Assembly: GCA_900617105.1 (NCBI GenBank) | Contig: UYFQ01000001.1 | Coordinates: 868,001-932,000 of the forward strand | Length of the DNA stretch: 64,000 nucleotides | Origin: Hydrurus foetidus | Taxonomy: Eukaryota | Direction of reading: 5' to 3' | Part shown: positions 31,840 through 40,827 of the stretch, piece by piece | Layout: each line of letters begins with the position of its first letter | Position numbering within the stretch: position 1 is the first letter of the stretch | The notes under the pieces: model-generated | What the model was told of the DNA's origin: nothing | Seen by the model: only the letters and a program-made list of their open reading frames with translations | The model's database searches: none | Made by a program: the position numbers and the translations under genes

Positions 31840-33015
31840 TCAATGATCCTCGCCGTTCAACCACCACCATTCAGCGCGTGCAGCCTCCCAAATGAGCTGC
31901 CATTCCAGGCACTTTTGGATACCGTTGGGCGAGGTCTGTGAGTTGGTGGTTGCGATCCATTTCTTGCTATTTGGATCGTAGGCCGTCACATCAAAATTTT
32001 CACCATTGAAGCTGTAACCGGCAAATATCTTGCTATCGGGAATCGGATATCCATCCGAATAATCACTCTTTACGCTACTGGCAGATGTGAATAAGTATTC
32101 CTCTAGCCATTCAGCCAGTGCAATACCTGCAAACAGATCAATCGGAAAATGCACACCCGCCACAATGCGGTTTTCGCTGACCCGCCATGCCAATGCCCGC
32201 AGCTGTTTACTTAAAGAGTCCCAAGAATCCTTGGGGCCTGATTTTTCAAAGGGATCTGTCAATCGCTCGAACAACATTGCCGCTACAAACGACTCACAGG
32301 CATGGCCCATCGGGTAGCTGCTGTGCACAGGCGTGCGCACCATAGGCTGAACTTGCGGCGACAATTCCACGGGTCGCGCGCAAGCCATTTCGTGCTTGAG
32401 TCGCATATAGACCGCCTGTGCCACCTCATGCGCGATCTTCATCACCAGATGTGTGTTGGGTGCTTGATCGGGGCTACGAGGCAGGATAGACCAGAAGAAA
32501 CTCCCAATATCAGTGACCTGTGCCAATATTTCAGAAGCCCTGTCATCACGCAGGTCGGCATCGGCGATCACATCAGGCAGCTCCTCTCGGAGTCTTTTCG
32601 TTGTTGGACGTTTCATGGTCAACACCGAAACATTGCTTATGGCAACAGTTACGCTGGAGTGATCCACAGCAACCTTGTAGTTGATATTGCTCAAGAGTTG
32701 CGGGGCCACGATGGCCGTGATGACGGAGTCGTCTAATTTAGCAAGGCGATTTTTGGTATTGCGAAAGTGATCACTGTCATACGTGGGAAAGTCTGGTGTC
32801 AAATCAGGTTTTCCACTTGTTGCATCGGGTTCATCGTAAGTTGTTGAGTCACCAGGAGCCACAATGGCATCGCGACTTCTGCGTAGAGCTTCTGCAACGC
32901 TCACCACCCCAAGCCATGTCCCTCCTGCCGCCCCACCCGCTGCACCGCCAGCCGCTCCCCCGGCAGCCCCACCAGCTGCGCCTCCTGCTGCACCACCTTC
33001 TGATCTAAAAGTCAT
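31840..33015 (-). CDS. PAP2/vanadium-haloperoxidase superfamily protein with N-terminal (GGAA)6 repeat
   Basis: KHEMACARP (Kx6RP), SYPMGH (PSGH-like), NRIVAGVHFPID (Rx5Hx3D); RBS AGGAGAG upstream. Confidence 0.88.
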   Translation of the reverse strand: MTFRSEGGAAGGAAGGAAGGAAGGAAGGAAGGTWLGVVSVAEALRRSRDAIVAPGDSTTYDEPDATSGKPDLTPDFPTYDSDHFRNTKNRLAKLDDSVITAIVAPQLLSNINYKVAVDHSSVTVAISNVSVLTMKRPTTKRLREELPDVIADADLRDDRASEILAQVTDIGSFFWSILPRSPDQAPNTHLVMKIAHEVAQAVYMRLKHEMACARPVELSPQVQPMVRTPVHSSYPMGHACESFVAAMLFERLTDPFEKSGPKDSWDSLSKQLRALAWRVSENRIVAGVHFPIDLFAGIALAEWLEEYLFTSASSVKSDYSDGYPIPDSKIFAGYSFNGENFDVTAYDPNSKKWIATTNSQTSPNGIQKCLEWQLIWEAARAEWWWLNGEDH

Positions 33016-33060
33016 TTTTCTCTCCTGGTTAAAAACAATGAAATAGCACCCTTAAAGCAT

Positions 33061-34935
33061 TCAGAAGCCCACAGCTTTCAAGGCTTCGTAAACACGCAAA
33101 CGGGCTTGGCTGTTTGCATTGCCAAGCGCTTTGTAAGATTCCAAGGACAGATTGGGACTCACCAGGCGCAACCTTCTTGCGGTTGTTTTTGCGCCTAGCA
33201 TGTCGCCGCTTTCGACTTGCGATAGCACAATAGTGCGAAGCGAAGGCGCATGGTTACGATCCAAACGCAGGCAGCGTTGGGCAATTTCAATGGCGCTGGC
33301 ATATTGCCGGTCAAAGGCCAGAGCACTGCATAAAACAGCATCGAAGAAGTGGCCTATAGGGTCAAGCGGTGATAGTGTTCGAGCGCGTAACGCATCGTTG
33401 ACGGCTTGGCCTGTGTCACCCCAGTGTTGCGACCAGACACTTTTATAGAGCCACCCTTGTGCATCGTTTGGCGCAAGTTTGAGTGCCTGGTCAAGCGCTT
33501 TCAGCGAGGCTTCACTGTCGCTGAAATTCTGAGAAAGCACATAACCCTTGATCGCGTGTGCGGCAGCAAGATCAGGAAACCGAGCCAGTGCAGAGTTACA
33601 GGCGCTTAACGCGCTCTGAGCATCTCTTTGTGGATCATCACTTAATCCCCGAATTACTCTCAAAACATGCCATTTCCCTATCCATGCTAGCGGTTCGGCA
33701 AGACGAGAGCAGCGTTCGGTAAGAGCCGTCAAAATCAATGATGATTTGTTGAAGTCCCGTAAGTTTGAAGAGTGCAGTAAATAGACGCCGCTCATTTGCA
33801 AGGAATAGGCCGCGAGCGTCTCTAACGGTGCAATCCAGGCTTTTTCAATTTCATGCCGTGAAAGAGCCGCGTGACAGCTTTGGGCCAATCGATCTGCCGT
33901 CTCGGACTCCAGACTCAGCAAGTCAGTGACAGAACCATGAAAACGCTCACTCCAGATCACATGCCCATGTTTGGTGTCAATCAGTTCGCATGTGATCAGC
34001 AGTTGATCGCCAATGGATCCCCGTGCGATCTGTGCGTATTTACCTGTTACCACGTAATTAGCATTCAAACCAGACAAACCAACAGCGACTTGATCTTGGC
34101 GATTTCGGAGATGGGCTGTTGACAGTCGAGTAACGACGTTGAAAGACTGACTGCGCACTAAACGACCAATCACGCCATCGGCGATGAGATCTCCGATGAC
34201 CAGTTGATCGACTTGGTCACTCATTGCGTTAAAAGGAACAATGGCGAGGGTGGGCCGTAACATGGCCGTGTCTTCATACTTTCCAAAAAGCACAGGCCGT
34301 GGCCCTGCTGGCCCCACTCGATATGCACGCACAGGCTCAGCGATGTGCTTCAGGTAGCACTCGCCCATGTCGTCCACTTCGGCGTCCAGTCCATCCGTCA
34401 ACTGATCGCGCACGCTGGCGCTGACGATGGTTTCACCGGGGCCGGCCAATCCGGCTAAGCGGGCGGCCAGGTTGACGCCGCTGCCGTAAATATCGTCGTT
34501 GCCCACATACACCGGGGTGGCGTTGATGCCGATGCGCAGGAACAGGTGCTGTTCGGGGTCGCGGCCAAGGTTCGCGGGTTTGATGATCTGGTGCAGGGCC
34601 AGGGCGACTTGCACGGCATCGCGGGAATGGTTGAACTCTGCCAGCAGGCCGTCGCCCAGGCTTTTGACGACGCGGCCGTTGTAGCGGGGGATCAATGCAT
34701 TGGCCTTTTGCACGAAGACCGTCCACCGCGCCACTGCGCCGCTTTCGTCTTGTGCCATCAAGTGCACGGATTCGACCAAATCCATCAAAAGCACCACCTT
34801 GTCCACCCTGGGTAACGCCGGGCCATCGTCATACGCACCAGTGGCCGAATTCACGGCGTTGGCAGCCACATCTGGCTCGTGCAGTGGCTGGGTGTTGATG
34901 GTGACAGGGGAGGAGGTGTTTGCGTTGGATGGCAT
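33061..34935 (-). CDS. Class III adenylate/guanylate cyclase with TolB-N-like and TPR domains
   Basis: LMDLVES, VKSLGDG, LRIGI, DIYGSGVNLAARL; LAIVPF; helical repeats ending ALKLAPND, ARTLSPLD, CLRLDRNH. Confidence 0.92.
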   Translation of the reverse strand: MPSNANTSSPVTINTQPLHEPDVAANAVNSATGAYDDGPALPRVDKVVLLMDLVESVHLMAQDESGAVARWTVFVQKANALIPRYNGRVVKSLGDGLLAEFNHSRDAVQVALALHQIIKPANLGRDPEQHLFLRIGINATPVYVGNDDIYGSGVNLAARLAGLAGPGETIVSASVRDQLTDGLDAEVDDMGECYLKHIAEPVRAYRVGPAGPRPVLFGKYEDTAMLRPTLAIVPFNAMSDQVDQLVIGDLIADGVIGRLVRSQSFNVVTRLSTAHLRNRQDQVAVGLSGLNANYVVTGKYAQIARGSIGDQLLITCELIDTKHGHVIWSERFHGSVTDLLSLESETADRLAQSCHAALSRHEIEKAWIAPLETLAAYSLQMSGVYLLHSSNLRDFNKSSLILTALTERCSRLAEPLAWIGKWHVLRVIRGLSDDPQRDAQSALSACNSALARFPDLAAAHAIKGYVLSQNFSDSEASLKALDQALKLAPNDAQGWLYKSVWSQHWGDTGQAVNDALRARTLSPLDPIGHFFDAVLCSALAFDRQYASAIEIAQRCLRLDRNHAPSLRTIVLSQVESGDMLGAKTTARRLRLVSPNLSLESYKALGNANSQARLRVYEALKAVGF

Positions 34936-35131
34936 ACCTCAAATTGTGGAGGAACTCGCTGACTGCGCCAAGGTGTTTATGCGGAGAAAAGGGCGCAACC
35001 GACCCTTAAAGCGCAAAAACCTACCCAATTTTGGGGAGAAGATTTGCTTTTTCTCCCCCATTTTGGGGATGCAGAAAAGTTCTGCCATTGGTTCAATGAA
35101 GGCTCCCTCGTTCACCCTATAGGAGTCTTCC

Positions 35132-36796
35132 ATGTCCACGATTGCAACCTCAACCGCTTCCGCCCAGAAGCTGCGTCAACTCCACTTCGCCTTTGCCGCC
35201 GTTGCGCTGGCAAGCCTTGCTGCTTGCGGTGGCGGGGGGGACGACAGCGCAGTCGCTGCGACACCCAGCCCGGCCCCTGTGGCGGCTGTACCGACACCAG
35301 CGCCTGTTCCCGCACCAGCCCCCGTCGTTGTGCCCGCGCCTACACCCGTCGCCGTCACCGGCAAAGTCATCATCAACCAAGGCATCAAAAACGCCATGGT
35401 TTGCATGGACTTGAATGCCAACAGCCTGTGCGATACCGGCGAGCCAGCATCTGCTGCAACCGGCGCTGATGGCACGTACACCCTCAGTTACGACCCCAGC
35501 GCCATCACCGCCTTGCAAGTGGCTGCTGCACCCATGCTGGCGATGATCGGCACGGATGCCGTAGACGCTGCTGATGCAACGGCAGTCAAAACCAAAAGCT
35601 ATGTGATGATGGCCCCCGCTGGCCGGCCCGCCCAAATCAACCCGCTGACCACACTGGTGCAAACCGGCATCGCCTCTGGCCTGAGCATGGCGCAGTCTCG
35701 TGCTGCGGTGGTGGTGCAATTGGGTATTTCCGATGCCGATATTGACGACTATCAAGCCAATGCCTCAGATCCCAAAATGTTTTTGGACAATGCCCGCAAC
35801 ATGGCTGGTCTGACCGATTTGGCGCTGCAAGCCGGTGACAAACTCAATGTGATCGACATTGCCGCCACGTCGGCTGTTGGAGACCAGTTGGCACAATTTA
35901 ACTTGACCGATGGCAACAACTTCTTCATTCGCACCTTCTCAAGTGCGGATATAGCAGGCACCGGCAAGAGCTTGTTGACCGATTCCCGCCGAGGCATGAC
36001 GACAGGGCGAACCTCCACGCAACTCGAACTCTACGGTGCCCAGGCTTACCTGACTCCCAGCGGCTGGCAGACTTGTAGCGGTAGCTTCGAGGGAACACGG
36101 GGTACGCCCAGTCGATCGACTTACTGTGGTGGCTTGCCATCAGCGGGTTACACCATCAGCACCGATATTTCCGGCAAATTGATGGCTGATGTGGTGAAAT
36201 CCATGCAAGCGGCAACCGATGGCAGCAACACCATCAACATGAATGCGGACGTGCTGGCAACGCAAACCTTTCCCGCAGGATCGAGCTTGTACAAACGCGC
36301 CAATGCCAACCTCGGTCAAGCCATCTATATCAACAACCTCAACTCCACCAATGAAGTGGGTGTGGCTGGAGGGGTAACCAGCTTGGAGGCCTTCATTGCT
36401 GCGCGCCCCAACAGCAGCGCGAACCTGACCACGGGTGCTGGCATGGTCTATACCGGTAACGCCGTGGACACCAGCCATTGGCTGATGGCTTCGTTCGTGG
36501 ATGCTGTAAGCCAAGTGCAGTACTACAGCTGCACCTTCAATACGGCGGCGACCTCCATCACGGGCTGCGTGGCCATCAACACCGGCACGTACAGCATCAA
36601 AACAGTGAATGGCGTGCGCTTGATCGCCTTTGCGGGTCAACCCGCCAATCCACTGAGCTACACCACGGGCTATGCCGAGTACAAAGGTGGTGTCGCACGT
36701 TACCGCATGAACGCTGCAAACTCCAGCAGCATTAGCCAACGCCTCAATGGCACAGCGTGGGATGCCATGCTCAAGTTTTTGAATCTGCGAGGCTGA
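35132..36796 (+). CDS. Large lipoprotein of unknown function
   Basis: Lipobox LAAC-GGGG, Pro/Ala/Val linker, VCMDLNANSLCDTGEP and INPLTTLV segments; RBS AGGAG. Confidence 0.8.
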   Translation: MSTIATSTASAQKLRQLHFAFAAVALASLAACGGGGDDSAVAATPSPAPVAAVPTPAPVPAPAPVVVPAPTPVAVTGKVIINQGIKNAMVCMDLNANSLCDTGEPASAATGADGTYTLSYDPSAITALQVAAAPMLAMIGTDAVDAADATAVKTKSYVMMAPAGRPAQINPLTTLVQTGIASGLSMAQSRAAVVVQLGISDADIDDYQANASDPKMFLDNARNMAGLTDLALQAGDKLNVIDIAATSAVGDQLAQFNLTDGNNFFIRTFSSADIAGTGKSLLTDSRRGMTTGRTSTQLELYGAQAYLTPSGWQTCSGSFEGTRGTPSRSTYCGGLPSAGYTISTDISGKLMADVVKSMQAATDGSNTINMNADVLATQTFPAGSSLYKRANANLGQAIYINNLNSTNEVGVAGGVTSLEAFIAARPNSSANLTTGAGMVYTGNAVDTSHWLMASFVDAVSQVQYYSCTFNTAATSITGCVAINTGTYSIKTVNGVRLIAFAGQPANPLSYTTGYAEYKGGVARYRMNAANSSSISQRLNGTAWDAMLKFLNLRG

Positions 36797-36893
36797 TTCG
36801 CACAAACGCCCAAGCATCACGTCACAACACCCCGCGTTTCGAGGGCCGTCAAGACCACCGAGATTGGGGTTTCGCGTGACTTGGCGGTTTTAC

Positions 36894-36926
36894 GCCCCAC
36901 GTACCTTGTGTGCATGGGGCTTTTTT
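36894..36926 (+). terminator. Intrinsic terminator after lipoprotein gene
   Basis: GCCCCACGTAC-CTTGT-GTGCATGGGGC followed by TTTTTT. Confidence 0.7.
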
Positions 36927-37071
36927 GCGAGCTGAGGTGGGTGGATAGCAAGGGTAAACACGGGCTTTCAAAGCCATCAAACTGTCTCGTTCGGCCACCC
37001 TGTGCCGCGCTAAAAAACTTACGATAGTGCCCTTGATCCCACGTTTGACAACACCCAGGAGACAGCACCCC

Positions 37072-37665
37072 ATGAACGCCCGCGCTACCTTCACCCGCAT
37101 GGACATCAGCACCAAAGAGGACTGGATGGCCATCGTCCCCGAGGCGATGAAGATGAACAAAACCCTGCCAGACCGTGTGCTCGATCACCTCAAACTTCTC
37201 GATGGCGATTACGGTGGCTTCCCCATCGACCGCTACAGCCACTGCTTGCAAACCGCCACCCTCGCACTGCGCGATGGCCGAGACGAAGAGTACGTGGTGT
37301 GTGCACTGCTGCACGACATTGGCGACACGCTGGGTTCTTACAACCACCCAGATATTGCGGCGGCAATTTTGAAGCCCTTTGTGAGCGATGCCAACTTGTG
37401 GATGGTGCAAAACCACGGCATCTTTCAGGGCTACAACTTCTTTCACCATATCGGTATGGACCGCAATATGCGTGACATGTTCACCGGCCACGAACATTAC
37501 GCCCGTACCGAAGAGTTCATCGCGCTGTACGACAACCCGGCGTTTGATGCTTCCAAAGAGATTTTGCCCATCAGCGAGTTCGAGCCTATGGTGCGCCGCG
37601 TGATGGCTGCGCCTAAAAACACCATCTACAAAGCAGCCCTGAGCGCTGCCCCAGTTGCAGCCTGA
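37072..37665 (+). CDS. HD-domain protein (PhnZ-like)
   Basis: HCLQTATLA, VVCALLHDIGD, NHP, NHG conserved His pattern. Confidence 0.8.
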   Translation: MNARATFTRMDISTKEDWMAIVPEAMKMNKTLPDRVLDHLKLLDGDYGGFPIDRYSHCLQTATLALRDGRDEEYVVCALLHDIGDTLGSYNHPDIAAAILKPFVSDANLWMVQNHGIFQGYNFFHHIGMDRNMRDMFTGHEHYARTEEFIALYDNPAFDASKEILPISEFEPMVRRVMAAPKNTIYKAALSAAPVAA

Positions 37666-37713
37666 ATTCCCACCCCTTCGCCCCTTTCGCCGCCCCACAG
37701 AAACTGAATCACC

Positions 37714-38469
37714 ATGAACATCCCCTCCCTGAAAAACAGCGTCAGTCCCGAAGAATGGCAACTGCGCGTTGATCTCGCCGCCTGCTACCGCTTGATCGCC
37801 GCCTACGGCTGGAGCGATTTGGTGTTCACCCATGTCAGCGCCCGCGTACCCGGCACCGATCACCACTTCCTCATCAACCCTTATGGCCTGATGTTTGACG
37901 AGATCACCGCGTCAAGCCTCATCAAAATCGACTTGCAGTGCAACAAGCTGAGCGAATCGCCTTTCCCTGTGAACCCCGCAGGTTTCACCATCCACGGCTG
38001 CATCCACGCCGTGCGTGATGACGCGGGTTGCGTGCTGCACACCCACACCCGTGCTGGCATTGCCGTCAGCGCCCAAAAATGCGGCGTGCTGCCTTTGAGC
38101 CAGCAGTCCACCTTCGTGCTGGGTTCACTGGCCTACCACGACTACGAAGGCGTGGCGCTGCATGAAGGCGAAAAACCCCGATTGCAAGCCGACTTGGGCC
38201 GTGCCAATTACCTGATGCTGCGCAACCACGGATTGCTGACAGTGGGGCGCACCATTCCCGATGCGTTTTTGCACATGTACACGTTTGAGAACACCTGTCG
38301 CATCCAAATTGATGCGCAAGCCGGTGGCGAGCTGCACCAGATTGCACAACCTGTGATTGACCTCAACGGCACCATCATGAAAGTTGCCACAGCAGGGCAG
38401 GGTGCAGCACTGACATGGCCTGCTTTGCTGCGCAAGCTTGATCGGATGGATGAGAGCTACAAGACCTGA
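37714..38469 (+). CDS. Class II aldolase/adducin family protein
   Basis: DLAACYR, FLINPYG, HTHT, LRNHG. Confidence 0.92.
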   Translation: MNIPSLKNSVSPEEWQLRVDLAACYRLIAAYGWSDLVFTHVSARVPGTDHHFLINPYGLMFDEITASSLIKIDLQCNKLSESPFPVNPAGFTIHGCIHAVRDDAGCVLHTHTRAGIAVSAQKCGVLPLSQQSTFVLGSLAYHDYEGVALHEGEKPRLQADLGRANYLMLRNHGLLTVGRTIPDAFLHMYTFENTCRIQIDAQAGGELHQIAQPVIDLNGTIMKVATAGQGAALTWPALLRKLDRMDESYKT

Positions 38470-38703
38470 TTTTGTGGGCTGCGCGGGTCGTCCGGTCAGC
38501 CTCTCTGTTTAGAGCGGTCTGCCCAAAACGCCCCTTATTTGTCCCACACGAGACTGAAAACACTGCTGAAAGCCCCGTTTTGGGGCTTTCCCCGTTTTGC
38601 TTAACGTCACAGTTGCGCATAATCCGGTAAGCGAAAATCGAACGATCGTTCTTTTTTTATCCTTCTCCGATCTACCCACCGACCACCCCAGAGGAAGCTC
38701 CGC

Positions 38704-40815
38704 ATGACTGCTGAATACAAAGTCCACGGCAACGTCGCCGTCATCACCTTGAACAACCCACCCGTCAACGGTTTGGGCCTGTCCACACGACTAGGCATCA
38801 CCGACGGCTTGACCCAAGCTAACAACGATGCTGCGGTGACTTCCATCATCATCACCGGTGCCGGCAAAGCCTTCTCGGGTGGTGCAGACATCAAAGAATT
38901 TGGTTCACCCAAAGCCCTGCAAGAGCCGAATTTGCTCAGCGTGATCATCGCGGTTGAGAACTCCACCAAGCCTGTGGTAGCTGCTATTCATTCTGTAGCT
39001 ATGGGCGGTGGTCTGGAGCTGGCGCTGGGTTGCCATTACCGCATTGCAGCCCCTGGGGCGAGCATCGCGCTGCCCGAAGTCAAACTCGGTTTGATCCCTG
39101 GTGCGGGCGGCACGCAGCGTTTGCCCCGCGTGCTGGGCTGTGAAGTCGCTCTGAACATGATCGTCAGCGGCGAGCCGGTCAAGAGCGAGCTGATCGCCTC
39201 TATGCCCGGCCAAAAGCTGTTTGACAAGATGGCCGCATCGGCTGAATCCCTGGCCGAAGAAGCCCTCGCGCTGGCCCAGGCGATGGCCACCAAGCACGCT
39301 GACGGCTCCGCACTGCCCCTGGTGCGCAACCTGCCTTGCAAGCACCCGTTGGGCGACGCTTACTTCCAGTTTGCCCGCAACATGGTCAAGGGCATGTCCA
39401 AAAACTACCCAGCGCCGGGCAAGTGCGTGGACGCGGTGCAAGCCGCCACCAAAAACAAGTTCGATGCCGGGATGCTGGTTGAGCGCGACATCTTCTTGGG
39501 CCTGATGATGACCCCCGAGTGCCGCGCCTTGCGCCACCTTTTTGTGGCCGAACGTGCAGCCTCCAAAATTCCTGATGTGCCTGCCGATACACCACAGCGT
39601 GCTATCAACTCGATAGCTGTCATTGGTGCTGGCACAATGGGTGGCGGTATTTCCATGAACTTCTTGAACGCGGGCATCCCCGTCAAGATGCTGGAGATGA
39701 AGCAAGAGGCGCTTGACCGTGGCATCGCCACCATCCGCAAAAACTACGAATCGCAAGTGGCCAAGGGCAAGCTCAAACAAGACAAGTACGAGCAGCGCAT
39801 GAGTCTGCTCACCACCACGCTGAGCTATGACGATTTGAAAGACGCAGACATGGTGATCGAAGCCGTGTTTGAAGAAATGGGCGTGAAACAAGCTGTCTTC
39901 AAAGAACTCGACCGCGTGATGAAGCCCGGTGCCATCCTGGCCAGCAACACCTCCACGCTGGACGTTAACCAGATCGCGGGCTTCACCCAGCGTCCCCAAG
40001 ACGTGATTGGCACCCACTTCTTCAGTCCCGCCAACGTGATGAAGCTGCTGGAAGTCGTGCGCGGCGAAAAGACGGGCAAAGACGTGCTCGCCACCGTCAT
40101 GGCTTTGGGCAAAAAGATCAAAAAAACCTCGGTGGTCTCCGGCGTGTGCGATGGCTTCATCGGCAACCGAATGATCGAGCAGTACAGCCGCCAAGCGGGC
40201 TTCTTGCTCGAAGAAGGCTGCACCCCGGCGCAAGTGGACAAAGCGGTCGAGAAATTCGGCTTTGCGATGGGCCCGTTCCGCATGGGCGATCTGGCTGGCA
40301 ACGACATTGGCTGGGCCATCCGCAAGCGCCGCAACATCGAAAAGCCAGGCATGAAGTACAGCAAAACCGCTGACCTGCTGTGCGAGTTGGGTCGTTTTGG
40401 TCAAAAAACGGGTGCCGGCTGGTACGACTACCAAGCAGGCAAGCGCGACGCTATCCCCAGCGATATCGTCATCAAGATGGTGGAAGAGCACCGCAAAGCT
40501 GTAGGCATCACCGCCCGCAAAATTTCTGACGAAGAAATCGTGCAGCGCTTGGTGTATTCGATGGTCAACGAAGCAGCCCACATCCTGGAAGAAGGCATTG
40601 CCAGCAAAGCCAGCGACATCGACATGGTGTACCTGACCGGCTATGGCTTCCCCATCTACCGTGGTGGCCCTATGCATTACGCTGACCAAGTGGGCCTCTT
40701 TAACGTGGTGCAAAGCATGAACCGCTTTGCCAAGAATCCACTGGACGACGGTGCTTTCTGGCAACCCGCACCTTTGCTCGCCAAGTTGGCGGCTGAAGGC
40801 AAGACCTTCAGCTAA
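38704..40815 (+). CDS. Enoyl-CoA hydratase / 3-hydroxyacyl-CoA dehydrogenase
   Basis: AFSGGADI, GGGLELAL, LPEVKLG crotonase; GAGTMGGG, IEAVFE, SNTS, HFFSP dehydrogenase. Confidence 0.95.
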   Translation: MTAEYKVHGNVAVITLNNPPVNGLGLSTRLGITDGLTQANNDAAVTSIIITGAGKAFSGGADIKEFGSPKALQEPNLLSVIIAVENSTKPVVAAIHSVAMGGGLELALGCHYRIAAPGASIALPEVKLGLIPGAGGTQRLPRVLGCEVALNMIVSGEPVKSELIASMPGQKLFDKMAASAESLAEEALALAQAMATKHADGSALPLVRNLPCKHPLGDAYFQFARNMVKGMSKNYPAPGKCVDAVQAATKNKFDAGMLVERDIFLGLMMTPECRALRHLFVAERAASKIPDVPADTPQRAINSIAVIGAGTMGGGISMNFLNAGIPVKMLEMKQEALDRGIATIRKNYESQVAKGKLKQDKYEQRMSLLTTTLSYDDLKDADMVIEAVFEEMGVKQAVFKELDRVMKPGAILASNTSTLDVNQIAGFTQRPQDVIGTHFFSPANVMKLLEVVRGEKTGKDVLATVMALGKKIKKTSVVSGVCDGFIGNRMIEQYSRQAGFLLEEGCTPAQVDKAVEKFGFAMGPFRMGDLAGNDIGWAIRKRRNIEKPGMKYSKTADLLCELGRFGQKTGAGWYDYQAGKRDAIPSDIVIKMVEEHRKAVGITARKISDEEIVQRLVYSMVNEAAHILEEGIASKASDIDMVYLTGYGFPIYRGGPMHYADQVGLFNVVQSMNRFAKNPLDDGAFWQPAPLLAKLAAEGKTFS

Positions 40816-40827
40816 GCGGAGAGCAGC

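Noticed and set aside
32796..33046. Plus-strand small ORFs with PPAA repeats
   Set aside because: Reverse complement of the GGAA repeat; the minus-strand frame has an RBS and continues into a catalytic domain
28919..34935. Assigning the operon to CBASS, Pycsar or Avs
   Set aside because: No CD-NTase or STAND NTPase motifs, no TIR/TM or cNMP-binding effector; cyclase looks adenine-specific with TPRs
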